DNA of 64,000 bases from Enoplolaimus lenunculus. Its lineage: Eukaryota. Shown piece after piece: positions 26,333 through 37,755 of the stretch. How positions within the stretch are numbered: the first letter of the stretch is position 1; the number at the start of each line of letters is the position of its first letter. The notes under the pieces are model-generated. The model saw only the letters and a list, made by a program, of their open reading frames with translations. It had not been told where the DNA came from and made no database searches. The stretch covers positions 248,001-312,000 of the forward strand of contig JASANG010002509.1 in assembly GCA_030248215.1 (NCBI GenBank). The letters are read 5' to 3'. The translations under genes and the position numbers were made by a program.

Positions 26333-27763
26333 GTACTCGAAATATCAGAATTCGCCAACGTTGGCTCCGAGATCGCAATTCCATCGGCGACCGATGCAGA
26401 TTCGGCAGCGTTCGGTATTCAACGCTACGTCATAGCGTCTGGCAACACCAACAACGCGTTTCGACTTTCCACAAGATCCATTAACGACGCCTTATACGTG
26501 GATTTGTTGGTCAATTCAAGACTGGATCGAGAATACACGGATAGCTATGATTTAGTGATCACAGCTTACGACGGAGGCAGTCCGCCGCTATCAGCAAGCA
26601 TAACAGTCCGCATCCGAATCGCAGACGCTAACGATAATCCACCTGTGTTTCAGCGAACAAAATATGCGGCAACGATTGATCCGGACGCAACTGGAGGCAC
26701 AAACGTCATTCAAGTGCACGCATTCGATGAAGATCTTGATCAAAACGGTGTGGTAGAGTATGAAATTTTGCCCAGTCCACAAAGCGCTGAACAATTTTTC
26801 AAAATAGATCGACACTCGGGTGTGATTATGCTCGCGAGTCGACTTCCGCCGTCTGGCCAGTCTGGATATCGTCGGCAACACGAACTGTTGGTACTGGCAC
26901 GCGATCATGGTCAACAACCACTTGAATCAAGCGTATTTGTTGTTGTCACCGTAGCAGGGCCGGCAAACGCTCCGATATCGTTGGCGGTTATATACCTTAC
27001 ACCTGGTGGCAAGGCGAGCATAACCGAAAATTCGTCTCCTGGAGCGCTAATAGCTCGCATTTCAATAGTACAATCTGATACAGGAGCGGAACTGCGCGAC
27101 TCACGTCTTGAGTTCGCTAGTCCGCCTGCGATTCGGCAACTTTTCGCCGTCAAGCGTTCACATGAGCACGGGAGTTACGTCCTGGTGAGCGCTGACGCTT
27201 TAGACCGTGAAATCCAATCCAATTATACGCTTCAATTTCGCGGATATCATGGCGATATATCAACAAGTCGAAATTTGACCATTTCAATTGATGATCGCAA
27301 CGATAACGCACCAAAATTCAGCCAACATCTCTACGAAGCACAAGTTCAAGAACGAGCACTGCCAGGAACGCCAATCATACAACTTTTTGCGTTCGACGCC
27401 GACGCTGGCGAAAACGGCCGAGTAACGTACACGATTGTGAGCTCAACAGAACGCCGGACGCAGCCGTCTGTGTTAGGTTCGCCTACAAAGTCGCCGCTTC
27501 CTGCCAGCGAATGGTTTTTACTTGATCCAGATACTGGAGTGCTCATGACGGCGAGTCATCAAGTGGATTGTGAACAAAATCCAAGACCCGAACTGGTCGT
27601 TCAAGCGACTGATAACGCTGCAGAACCTCAAACTCGAATGAGCACAACTGCACGAGTTCGGCTAACGATACTCGATGTCAACGACAATCCACCTGTGTTC
27701 AGTCAATCTGAATACAATGTCACGGTACGCGAAGATACGGACGTTGGGACTTGTTTTCTTAAG
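26333..27763 (+). CDS. ds: Dachsous-like cadherin, coding exon 2 (EC2-EC5 and start of EC6)
   Basis: Acceptor TTTTTTTAG|GTA at 26332/26333, in frame with ORF 26498; reads VLEISEFANVGS..ATDAD..SGNTNNAFRL..LYVDL..LDRE, closely resembling Drosophila Ds EC2 as I recall it; LDRE, DANDNPPVF, DRNDNAPKF, DCE, DVNDNPPVF motifs; donor AAG|GTAAGC at 27763/27764, phase 0. Confidence 0.93.
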
Positions 27764-27921
27764 GTAAGCAGCGAGATCCATGGATGTCTGCAGCGCTTAC
27801 ATATAATGGCGTACCGAAATAAAAGGCGGTGCCGGAGAAGTCTAGGGTGGCCCCCCAAAATTTCGACGGTGGGGGCTTGCGGCGATAAAAAATTTTTTCG
27901 AATTTTTTGCTTACAATCTTG

Positions 27922-28118
27922 GACCCATGTATAGAACATGGCCGGATCGGTTTCCAGAGGGGCTATAATAGAGTCAGTTTAAGCTTTAGACTAATTTTTT
28001 TGCTTGGGCTTAGACTTAGGCTTAGGTTTAGGAATAGGCTCATCCATACGTTTAGGCTTAGGGTTAGGCTTAGGAATATGCTTATACTACTGTTGCGGTC
28101 CTGTTCTATACATGGGAC
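27922..28118. mobile_element. Telomeric-repeat MITE nested in an older GC-rich element, about 160 bp into cadherin intron 2
   Basis: Exact TSD CAATCTTG; TTAGGC tracts. Confidence 0.83.
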
Positions 28119-28599
28119 CAATCTTGTCAGGGTAATTTCCCCTTTTAGGGTGGCCTCTCAAATGGGGGTATGGATGGCTGTTTCGGTCCTGACAAAAGGC
28201 TAAGGGTAAGGGTCCACAGCCCTTCCATGATCTAAATAGTTTTTGAGAGATAGAAGCAGTAATTAGGCAATCGCTAACAGTGTAGCGATTCGGTATTAAG
28301 AGCCAATATTTTAGTTGTGGTTCGGTGTTGGCCTGGCTCCCACCAGACCAAATGTTTGCGTATTCCACACTGCGTGTGTATTTAGTCTTTGGCTTCCAAA
28401 TACCCAGACGGTGAGTTGCAGTAATTATGCTTAATGTAAGCTATAATTTGCTTGCGTTTAGTATATCTGTCAATGAAACATTGCGTTCATGGAAACACAC
28501 ATATTTTGAATTTGGTTTTGTTTGTTTAGCGGCGAGTTTTGATGTCTAGAGAAGTATATATATTTAGCCAGGTTTATTAAAACTGGGACGCTGCGTCAG

Positions 28600-29195
28600 A
28601 TGGGTTTTTTCGGACATCCCTCCCCCAATCGGAGTTTGCCTAAAACTGGTTCGATTTTGAAATTTTTTTGCATATTTGAGGTTCACATCACCTTCCCTGA
28701 TCAGTTCACGCCCAAATTTGAATTTTTCAAAATTCCATTTATAAAGGTCCTAAGGTCCTCAATTTTGACCCAAGAAATTTTCATTAAAAAGTTAGACATA
28801 TTATATACCACTGAACGCAGCTTACCGAGCTGAGCTGAATGGTGGCAATTTTTCTTCAATCAGGCGTCTGGCTGACGAGTTATGGTGAAAAATCAGATTT
28901 GGCGCGCTTTCAACGGTTTGGAACGGCGCCAAATCAGTTATTTGACAATAACTCGTTAACCAGAAGTTTGATTGCGAGAAATTTTACATCATTCAACTCG
29001 TCTCGATCAGTTGCGTCCAGTAATATAGATAATTTTTTGGATGAACCTTAGCAAATCGAATTGTTCAAAAATTCAAATTTTGGGATGGACTGATCAGGTG
29101 AGGTCATTAGAACGTCAAATATGCAAAAAAATTTCCAAACCCAACCATATTTAGGCAAACGCCGGCTTGGGGATGAGTTTAACCGAAGACTCCGT
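28600..29195. mobile_element. Long-TIR foldback element (relative at about 24046-24357)
   Basis: CCCCAATCGGAGTTTGCCTAAA ... TTTAGGCAAACGCCGGCTTGGGG plus nested internal inverted segments; TSD not resolved. Confidence 0.6.
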
Positions 29196-29851
29196 CATGT
29201 TTAGGGTTATGACTTTTTGTTATTTAAGCTGTCTTTTGTTTCCAAACAAACATACGCATCCAGGCAGCTCACCTTGCAAGAAGGACTATTCTAACAGGGG
29301 GAGTGCAAAATTTTTTAGTGGGTGGCTGAACGAACCCCTGCAACCCCTCCTTCGGCTACGGGCCCGTGACGCGCATTCCGAAACCCAAGACAATATCATT
29401 TGATTGAAAAAATCTTGTCAAAAATCAAATTTAAAAACAAATTGCATGATTAATATTTTAAAGTTTTGAATTTTATCAACGTATCATCGAGAGCGTTGCG
29501 TCGGACTTCACTCGCCAATCACCGCTGCTCGCTTTATCGGCATTTTCTCACAGTTATAAACGCCGTTTCAGATCGTCAGCACCATCCCCAGCCAGCAGGA
29601 TGAATGACCACCGTTTGAGAAAATTTTCAAGATGTCTCTCTATTGTAATATTTTGGACGTTTTAAACGAAATAGTAATTTTCGAACTTTGTACTGCACTT
29701 TTGTCTACTCTTTACAGGGACTGTATAATATAAACGAACGCATGAAATATGCAGGCATTTTGTGGATGGCCGAAATCAAATGTTCTGCAATTGGACTGAA
29801 ATGTAAATACTTTTGGAAGCTTAAATTTAGGCTAACATCCTTCGGTAATAG

Positions 29852-30791
29852 AAAGAGTAGATCACTACAAGAGTGTCCAGCTACTGGGATCCCGCATGGT
29901 ACAAAATGCACGACCGGGCGTTTCAGCCGACTCCCATGTTTAGAGGGGGTTGTTATCACATGAATACCCCTAAAATTAAACTGTAACTAAGCCATGTGAC
30001 GCTGCATGCATAAAGGTACATGGTTCGCAAAGGTTGTATCCGCCTATAAATCAAAGGTGCATGGTGCAAGAATGTGCAAATGCTTAAAATTTTGTGTGGA
30101 ACAAAATGCACCACCGGGTGTTACGGTTTTGACCGACCCTCTTATTTAGCTGGGGGTCGCAGTCACATGCGATACCCTAAATTAAACTATAAGCGAATTT
30201 TTTTACTGCGGTATATATAGGCACAGTCTCATGGTTCGTACAGGTTGTATCCATTCTAAATATGAGGGCGTAGGGGAAAACCGCACCGTGTGCCGGGTAC
30301 ATTCTTTTCTACACAGAATGTACCCAGTTGCACACTCTTGTAAAAGTCATTATCGATTCTTGGTCATACCAAGAGTGGATGATGCAAACTTTAACAAGAG
30401 TATTCAACTGGGTACATTCTGTGTAGAAAACAATGTATCCGGCACGCGTTGCGTTTTCAGCCTAAACCCCCTTTATTTAGGTTGAAATACAACTTGTTTA
30501 AACCATGACACTTTATGTATCCGCCAACACATATGATCAGATTATAGTTTAATTTAATGTTTTGCATGTGACAACAACCCCCTCTAAACAAGGGAAAATC
30601 GGCCAAAAACGCAACACCCTGTGGTACATTTTGTACCATGCGAAGCCGAAAAATTTGCACATTCATGTATCATGCACTTTTGGTCATACCAACAATGGAT
30701 GATGCATACTTTAACAAGTGAATGCAACTGGATAGATTTTGAAGTAGAAAACAATGTACCCGGCACTTGTATTATGCACTCATGGTCATAC
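29852..30791. mobile_element. Tandem cluster of three CAAGAGTG-ended (P/Galileo-like) MITEs
   Basis: Units about 29852-30362, 30370-30682 and 30690-30784, each followed by GTCATAC. Confidence 0.75.
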
Positions 30792-31365
30792 TTATTAGAA
30801 AATAATCACTTGCTTAATAACTCGCGGGCTGTTATAAAGAAATGAATGTCTGATTGATTTTATTTTACTTTTATAATAAATATTTCATGACTCTATCATA
30901 ATATAGTAAGTTCAAGGTTATATCGTAATCATTACAATCTCATCATTAATGACTTTAGTCGTATATATATATGTATATATATTACCCCGGGGGAACGTTT
31001 TCAAACTACAAGTTGCTGTTCTTTAAGATTCATAAATACCGAAATTCGATGTAGAATTAATAGATTATCATTTGAACTTAGTCTCTAATTACTGTTAACG
31101 CTTACAAATGTTCAGGGTTAAACAATGAGAAAAATTGCTCGGGTGAAAATAATTACAACTGGGCATACCTGGAACTCACTTATAAGCATTTCGAAAACTT
31201 CAGGGGTGCCTAAGCTACATTACCCCTCGTATGTATAGCGGTCTATATCTGGATTAGCTTAATACAAAATTAAACTATTGTAAGCCTTACCGGTTAAGTG
31301 AGGGCAAACCGAAAGTGTTCCAGAGGCAAAAAATATTTCAGTCAACCGCAAATTTGCAAGCACAT

Positions 31366-32215
31366 TCATTCTGCACTATCCATTAAATCGAGCAAACTTT
31401 CGCCTTTAGCTTTCCGTACACGATCGTGTTGTCGTCCGCCATTTTGGCCTTCCATATCGTCAAGGACTTGGTTCATTCCAGCCGGACCGAGTCCACCAAC
31501 ACGACGGCCGGCCGTTGTAGGTCGAGTTACTTTAACAACACGAAACGATGGCTCCAGGTGGGCAGCGGTTTGAGCCGTTTGTTCCACTGATGTCTGTTTG
31601 AACGCTTTCTCTTCGTTTTCTGATTCAAACATACTCAGTGGAAAGCTACTTGTTGCAGTTGTAGGCTTATCCCAATCATCTGATTTTGATTTTGACTCGC
31701 ATTTTGGTTCCAATCCTATTAAACTGCATAGAAATGCAAGTTCTTCGGTGGCGGAACTTTGACCTCGAGCCACACCGGAGCCATCTCCTACGTTTTCAGC
31801 CCGTTCGTCTCCAGCTCTGGATCCGATCCCGCCTGAAACCTCGGCGGATCCTGTGTCGGCGTACATATTGGTTCCTAGGGCGGTTCCACGAGTCTTAACC
31901 GGCAATCCTGTACAGAGTTCCGGCTCGCATTTACGCGACCGGTAACTTGCGGCAACTTCAAACGTTTTCATGACTGTTGCTGTCGCACCGTCTGTGTAAA
32001 ATTGTATTCGACCCGGGCCATTAATTCGATACCCTAAAGGTGCATCTGTAGTCGGCAGAACAAAGCGACCGTCAGTCATTGATTGTTTAGATTCGCGAAG
32101 TAGGATTGAAACTTTGACTCGAGTGTCAACGAAAAAATTGAGCAGCGTTGCTCGAAGCAGATGCAGTTGAGTTGCGTTCATTTGCATGTATGTGGCGAAA
32201 AAACGTTCAACCCAA
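31366..32215 (-). CDS. OSCP1: OSCP1 orthologue, exon 2 (to stop); spliced CDS 1263 nt = 420 aa
   Basis: Acceptor TTTTAG|T at 32216/32215 restores frame (IDSWVERFFATYMQM..); OSCP1 motifs LRATLLNFF, KVSILL, GRFVLP, LGTNMY, EELAFL, KGESLLDLMD; TGA at 31368-31366. Confidence 0.92.
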
Positions 32216-32789
32216 CTAAAACAAATAAATATAAACTTTTTGAATAAAAGATAACTTTAATATTTTCTGCCATATTACAGTTCTGGCATTGTAGAAATCT
32301 TGTAAATCTCAGTGGTGCGCTCATAGTTAAGGTTTGTAATAAATTAATGAATAAAATTTTCTGTTTTTTGCACACATTTGTCCAATTGACTTAACCAAGA
32401 GTGCATGATACAAGAGTGTGCAACTCTTTGGGCGCCGCATGGTACCAAATATACCACCGGGCGTTCCGTTTTTGGCCGGCCCACCCCTTGTTTAGGGGGG
32501 TCACATACAATATACACTAAATTAAATTATAAGCGGGGCAATTTGTTGCCGAATACATGATGTGTCATAGTTCGCATAACTTATATCCCCCTCTAAATAA
32601 AGGGGGGTAGGGTGTAAAAAATGCAACGCGTGCCGGGTACATCGTAACCACGCCTACAAGGTACGTTCAAAAAATCGTTCTTCAATCGTTTCTTCGACAA
32701 GTTGTTGTCGAATCAATGAAATTTCGGATTACAAGTTCTCTGTCGATGAGTTGCGGTCGGGCGACGATTTGGTCATGATTCCATTTTAA

Positions 32790-33085
32790 CCCCTTCTCAC
32801 ATTGAGTTGCCTGTATGCAACTAAGCGCAGTGTATATACGTCAAATAATATATATCGCACCGTGTTTAACAATTGCAACACGTATACATAGTACTAAATC
32901 ACCACAAGACGTGAGAGCCCCCTCGGGCTCGAGCGTCAAGCTCCTATAGCTGAGTGGGGATGGTATACGCCTCCCACTCTAGTCACTGGAGTTCGAATCC
33001 TAGCATAAAAGTAGATCTCAGGGGAAATAGAAAAAGCATAAAAGTAGGTCTCAGGGGAAATAGAAAATATTCATGTGAGAAAGGG
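32790..33085. mobile_element. TTAA-flanked piggyBac-like MITE in the OSCP1 intron
   Basis: TTAA|CCCCTTCTCACAT ... ATGTGAGAAAGGG|TTAA; reverse orientation relative to the 2166 copy; contains a tRNA-like segment and an approximately 33-bp tandem duplication. Confidence 0.82.
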
Positions 33086-33103
33086 TTAAAACCAAATGCT
33101 TAC

Positions 33104-33516
33104 CTGTCGATCATTGCCAGATGCGGCGCGCTTGTGTCGACTATTTTTCGTATTCCGTCAATGTGATTGAGCACAATGAGCAAGACGTCGGCCGGTGTTG
33201 CACAAGCGTGCAATTGATACTTCACAGCCATCGTCATCAAATCGTACAGTTTGTCCATGGATGCTTCGTTGAGTCGCATGATGGAGACGTGCGCAAGTCG
33301 ATCAAAAAGTTGCTTAATCGCCGGACGGGAATGAGGCTCTTGGGACGTGTAGAGTTGTGTCGTTAGTCGCTCGTTGAACATCCCACCGACGATATCGCAC
33401 ACCACCCTCGATGCTTTGTCTGCGGGTACGGATTGAGCATGCAACCGCTGTGACAGTACGTAGAGCATTTCACCACCCAGGTTGGCGAATAATATTGGCA
33501 GCGTTTTGAGTGACAT
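33104..33516 (-). CDS. OSCP1: OSCP1 (organic solute carrier partner 1 / C1orf102) orthologue, exon 1
   Basis: ATG at 33516; MSLKTLPILFANLGGEMLYVLSQRLHAQ..RLAHVSIMRLNEASMDKLYDLMTMAVKYQ matches the conserved OSCP1 N-terminus; donor AG|GTAAGC at 33104/33103, phase 2. Confidence 0.93.
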
Positions 33517-33536
33517 TTTAGGTTTCAATTACGAAG

Positions 33537-33560
33537 CTACGGTAAATTAATAAATTAAAG
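33537..33560 (-). promoter_or_regulatory. Candidate trans-splice or 5'UTR acceptor for OSCP1
   Basis: Minus strand CTTTAATTTATTAATTTACCGTAG ends 20 nt before the ATG: an AU-rich tract plus YAG. Confidence 0.35.
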
Positions 33561-33588
33561 TTTTTCAAAATTAAGTAAAAGAGAATGG

Positions 33589-33946
33589 CTGGGTTTCTGA
33601 AATCTTACTTAAGTGTTTACTTTAATTTAAGTCATTACTTCAGTCGCCGACTTAAGTAAATACTTAACTGGTTAGAATACAAAACAGAATTGGAAATAAA
33701 TGATACAGTTCTATGACCAGAGAGCCAGAGATTTGCGTTACAGTAACGAGGTCACATGAGGCTACAGTCACTATTGAACCAAGTTTAGTATGCAAAATCT
33801 ATTACTCTGTAATTTATTAAATGCGGCGAGCGGCTTAAGTATTCACTTAACTTAAGTGCAGTTTCACAAACGATAAGTTGTATAAGTAGTTACTTAGCAA
33901 ATACTTAAGAATGAAGCTGTACTTAAGTTGAGTTTCGGAAACCCAG
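33589..33946. mobile_element. CTTAAG-rich TIR element about 73 bp upstream of the OSCP1 ATG
   Basis: CTGGGTTTCTGAAATCTTACTTAAGT ... ACTTAAGTTGAGTTTCGGAAACCCAG; same left end as the 13322 element. Confidence 0.72.
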
Positions 33947-34585
33947 GCTATATATACACTGCAAAAAATGATGAGTCAAATTGACTCTTTCCGAAACATG
34001 CTTTTCCTGACTACACAATCTGAGTCAAAATTCGACTCCGCCAGAGTCAAATAGAGTCGAATTTGACTCAGGCGGGTATCGAAGTTTGACTCACTTTGTG
34101 CAGTCAGCAAATGCTTCTTTCAAAGGGACTCAATTTGACTCACAATTTCTTGCAGTCTACATCGCAACGCAACTCTAATGTTTTATTTTCAAGCACGCAT
34201 TGTGCTTGCATCGGCTGCAGTAGCACGTAAACCGCAGGCATGCGAGAACATAAAAGCGCTGTAAGCACAAAAGTTTTGAAACTGCATTATTATTTCGGTT
34301 CCTTTGAAGCATTAAAATAACTTCGCCACCGTTAGAAAAATACCATTAACGCATTCCTGATACAATATTGCCCCGCGCAGGTTGGCGAATAAAATAGGTA
34401 CCGGTCTTCAAGCATACTCTCGATATTAATACCTGGTTTTAATTCAGGTATTTTGTCGCCAGCCCGGTACGAAGTTGCTTCGATATACCCGGTACACGGG
34501 AACGGGTTTAAATGTTTAATGCTACAACGCCCACGGGTGCGTGGCTACGAGGTTACAAATTCAGATTCCCGTCTATTAAAATTTC

Positions 34586-34740
34586 GGCCAATGTAAAGAA
34601 CAAGGGCGGAACAGTATTATAAGCATATTCGTAAGCCTAAGCCTAAGCCTAAGCCAAGCAAAAAAATAGTCTAAAGCTTAAGGTTTACTCTTTTCTAGTC
34701 GTACAGAAAAACGCTTCGCCCCTGATCTTTAGATGTGCAA
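34586..34740. mobile_element. Telomeric-repeat MITE, subfamily A
   Basis: GGCCAATGTAAAGAAC...; AAAATTTC on both flanks. Confidence 0.8.
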
Positions 34741-35148
34741 AAAATTTCCAAGTGGTGTTTCATGGCTAGGCAAACTAAAAACTGTGCCTAAATATCCTTG
34801 ATCCAATCCCAAAAAGCAGTGTGTTATGACCTCTGAAATACAACCTTGCTAATGCCGATTTGAAAGACTGAAACGGCCGAAATTGTACATTTTGACAAGA
34901 TTGCGAGAAACTGATTCGATATTGTGGGATTATCAGCTGGTATATTTCACGGTTTTGTCCAATGAAAACCATTTTAGCTTACAAAAAGTAATAAAATGAA
35001 ATTCCCAGCCGTAAAAACAATTTAGAAAATGCACACAAGGGTTTGGCTGCTAAGCAAGCTGTCTGCATCAACAAGACTACCGTCAGGCACAGGCTCAAGT
35101 ACCATCTATGTGTATTTGCCGTGGTAAATAGCACAAGCACACGATGTA

Positions 35149-35162
35149 GTTGCTATAGTAAC
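35149..35162. promoter_or_regulatory. Candidate X-box (RFX/DAF-19 site) upstream of OSCP1
   Basis: GTTGCTATAGTAAC fits the nematode X-box consensus GTHNYYATRRNAAC; a degenerate near-palindrome TTTGCCGTGGTAAA lies at 35115-35128; about 1.63 kb 5' of the OSCP1 ATG. Confidence 0.55.
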
Positions 35163-36324
35163 CTTTGAACGGAACATACTTGAAATCTACAATTTCGTTG
35201 AATAAACGAGTTATAAACGCGTCGCTTGTTTAAAATATATTTGGACCGTAGGGATAGTGGACCCCGTAGCGGGTTCGTAGCCCGGTGGGGAGGCCAGGGG
35301 TGGGCGGCCCCCCCTGTGAACAAAGTTGGCCCCCTAGAAGATTTTCAACCTTGCTTGTAAGTCATTGAAAACCTTTAAATGGTTTTAGCCTCCCCTAGCA
35401 AGGTGGGCTGGCTACGGGCCTGCTCCGTAGCCAAGCAGAGCACGGGGGCTCAGCCCGGGAAAATTTTGGCTCCTTTGAAAATCTTCAACCTTGCTTGTAA
35501 GTCATTGAAACCCATTGTATACCCGTCCTGAAAACTTTTTGCTCTCCACCCTACCAAGGCGTACTCTGGCTACTGGGCCTGAGGAATTTTTCGAAAAATT
35601 ACTAAGCATTTAGTAGCTTTGCAGTTTTAGCGCTGTAGTAGCGTCATCGCACATAACACGATGCATATTTATGCGATTACCTAACGATTTATAAGGGAAT
35701 AAGTACCAGCTTTGCATAATCGTAAACCTTTAAAACAATCAAAATATAATAAATTGGGTGTCAAGGACCATCCAAAGGTATTTGACCAAATTGCGTCTGT
35801 TCACCAAATATAATTCCGTTTAAACCCTAAGTTTTGATGATTTTTAAAAACCGTAGTTGGAAATTGGCGTTGCAAATTTCCACACAGCGGGCACAATATA
35901 AAGTGGATGACGCATAATTCAAGCATGTTTTTACGATTTTAACGATTTCGAAAATTTAAAATTAAAGTACTGAAATCAAAGGCAGGTATCTGAAAAGAAA
36001 CAAAGTAACTAAGCTAACAAAGCTGATTTTAAAACAAACGCGGTAGTGAAACATTCTTGAGCGAAAAATATACAAAAATCTTGCTAGACACAACCTGTAG
36101 GAACAGTTTCCGTCGTTTTGTCCCAATGGATTCACCAGTATTCGACACAGTGCGCCAAACAACAAATACTGAAACATAACGATCCTAAGTGGTCCTGTTG
36201 AACCACAAATCACCCTGATGAGGAAAGACCGCAAACTGAACCACAAATCACCCTGGTGAGGAAAGACCGCAAACTAACTCATGTCAATTTTGACGGTTGC
36301 TCGCGTTGGCCTACTGAGAGTTTA

Positions 36325-36680
36325 CGGGTACTCTCTAAAAACTTAAACTTAAATTATAGCTTAACTAAACTTGAATATCAGTTTAAGTAAAACTTAAATG
36401 GCTGGACGGACTAACTAAACTAGAATTTTAAGTTTTACTTAAACTAACATGTTTTTAAGTTTAACACGAGTTCAAGTAAGCTTATTTTTAGTTTGAAGTA
36501 ACAAGTGCAGCCGCGTATCCAACAGTTCATTAAGTTTAACATAAACTGAAAATCTGTAAAATTATCAATGAGTTTAAGCATAAACTTCCGTGTTAGTTTA
36601 GTTAATCTAAAAATTTAGTTTAATACTGGTGGATTATCTTAAGCTTAAATCAAGTTAGTTTAAGCTTTTAGACCGTGCAT
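36325..36680. repeat. AT-rich foldback element of TAAACT/AGTTTA subrepeats ending about 65 bp before the exon 3 acceptor
   Basis: TCTAAAAACTTAAACT ... AGTTTAAGCTTTTAGA inverted ends. Confidence 0.55.
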
Positions 36681-36742
36681 AAGTCATATACGCGCGTGCT
36701 TTTCGACGCAAGTCAAAATTACAGTTCAGTAATATATTTCAG

Positions 36743-36938
36743 GTGAACGCAACTGATCCGGATTGTGGTCGTAACGCACAGTTGCAGTTTCGAATGTCAT
36801 CATTGGCACGCGGGACGCAACTGCAATCTGCGAGCGATGCGTTCAAAATTAGCACCGACGGATCGATTTGTTTGACCCGTGAGCTGGACTACGAAACGAA
36901 ACGCTCGTTTCGATTTCCGGTGGAAGCAGTTGACGGAG
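36743..36938 (+). CDS. ds: Dachsous-like cadherin, coding exon 3 (EC6)
   Basis: Acceptor TTTCAG|GTG; continues GTCFLK|VNATDPDCGRNA..GSICLTRELDYE..AVDG (Cys pattern as in Ds); donor G|GTATTT at 36938/36939, phase 1. Confidence 0.92.
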
Positions 36939-37755
36939 GTATTTTCCGTAAAAAGTGAAATTTTGGTTTTTTTACAATATTTTTGAAGTGCGAACGTTTT
37001 GAAAATTTTTGGACTTTTTTTGCAAATTACCAGCTGAAAAATTATTGATGTATTTTCACTAAGAGAATGCATTTCGAAAGGCGTTCGAGCCGATTATAAT
37101 ATGGTTGTCGGAGATATTCATTCGAGGGATACGGGCGAATGTCTACAAACTGGTTTATGACAGGGATATTTAAGCAAATATCTTACTGCGTAGGTTAATG
37201 GAATAGGCGCGACTACTCTGCAAAAATGTTCAGTCAAATTGACTCTCTCCGACATAGGCTCTACGGGACTACACAAACTGAGTCAAATTCAACTCCGTCA
37301 GAGTCAAACGTGCGGCTTATTGAGTCGAATTTGACTCGGGCGGAGGAGTCGAATTTGACTCAGTTTGTGTAGTCCCGTAGAGCCTATTTCGGAGAGAGTC
37401 AATTTGACTCGCCATTTTTTGCAGTGTATAAGCGTTGTCAAATGTTTTGTTCACCCGCCCAGTTATACAGCTGAAAAACATTTTGGGGACTTCTCTTGGA
37501 TTTATTTGGAGGGCCCGATTAGCCTATCGCCGGCCTTACAAGTAGTAAACATGGTATGATAAAGAAAATTAAGTTGTTAGCAAAATAGTTTTCTAACCTT
37601 TTTTGCCGATGTCTGATCAGTTTTAGTATCCGTTTACCTACAATGCTTTAGAATTAAAATTTAGTCTGCTTGGTTGGTGTTCGCTAATTATGCTGTGTAT
37701 TTAAGTTTTCCTTCCGCACCAAAGTCTTGCTGAATATGATCGGGTATCGGTTTTT

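Noticed and set aside
26591..27546. Minus-strand ORFs overlapping cadherin exon 2 (also 33121-33366 on + over OSCP1)
   Set aside because: Antisense shadows of real coding sequence with no recognisable domains.
32940..33010. Functional tRNA gene
   Set aside because: No 3' acceptor-stem complement or clear anticodon arm; treated only as a tRNA-like cassette in a MITE.
33736..33765. X-box-like palindromes CGTTACAGTAACG and GTCACATGAGGCTAC near OSCP1
   Set aside because: Wrong spacing or poor half-sites, and they lie inside a TIR element.
36199..36275. 38-bp tandem duplication containing CTGATGAG, suggestive of a dimeric hammerhead
   Set aside because: Second core reads CCGCAAAC rather than CGAAA, the second copy has CTGGTGA, and no stem III/UH or stem I pairing is evident.
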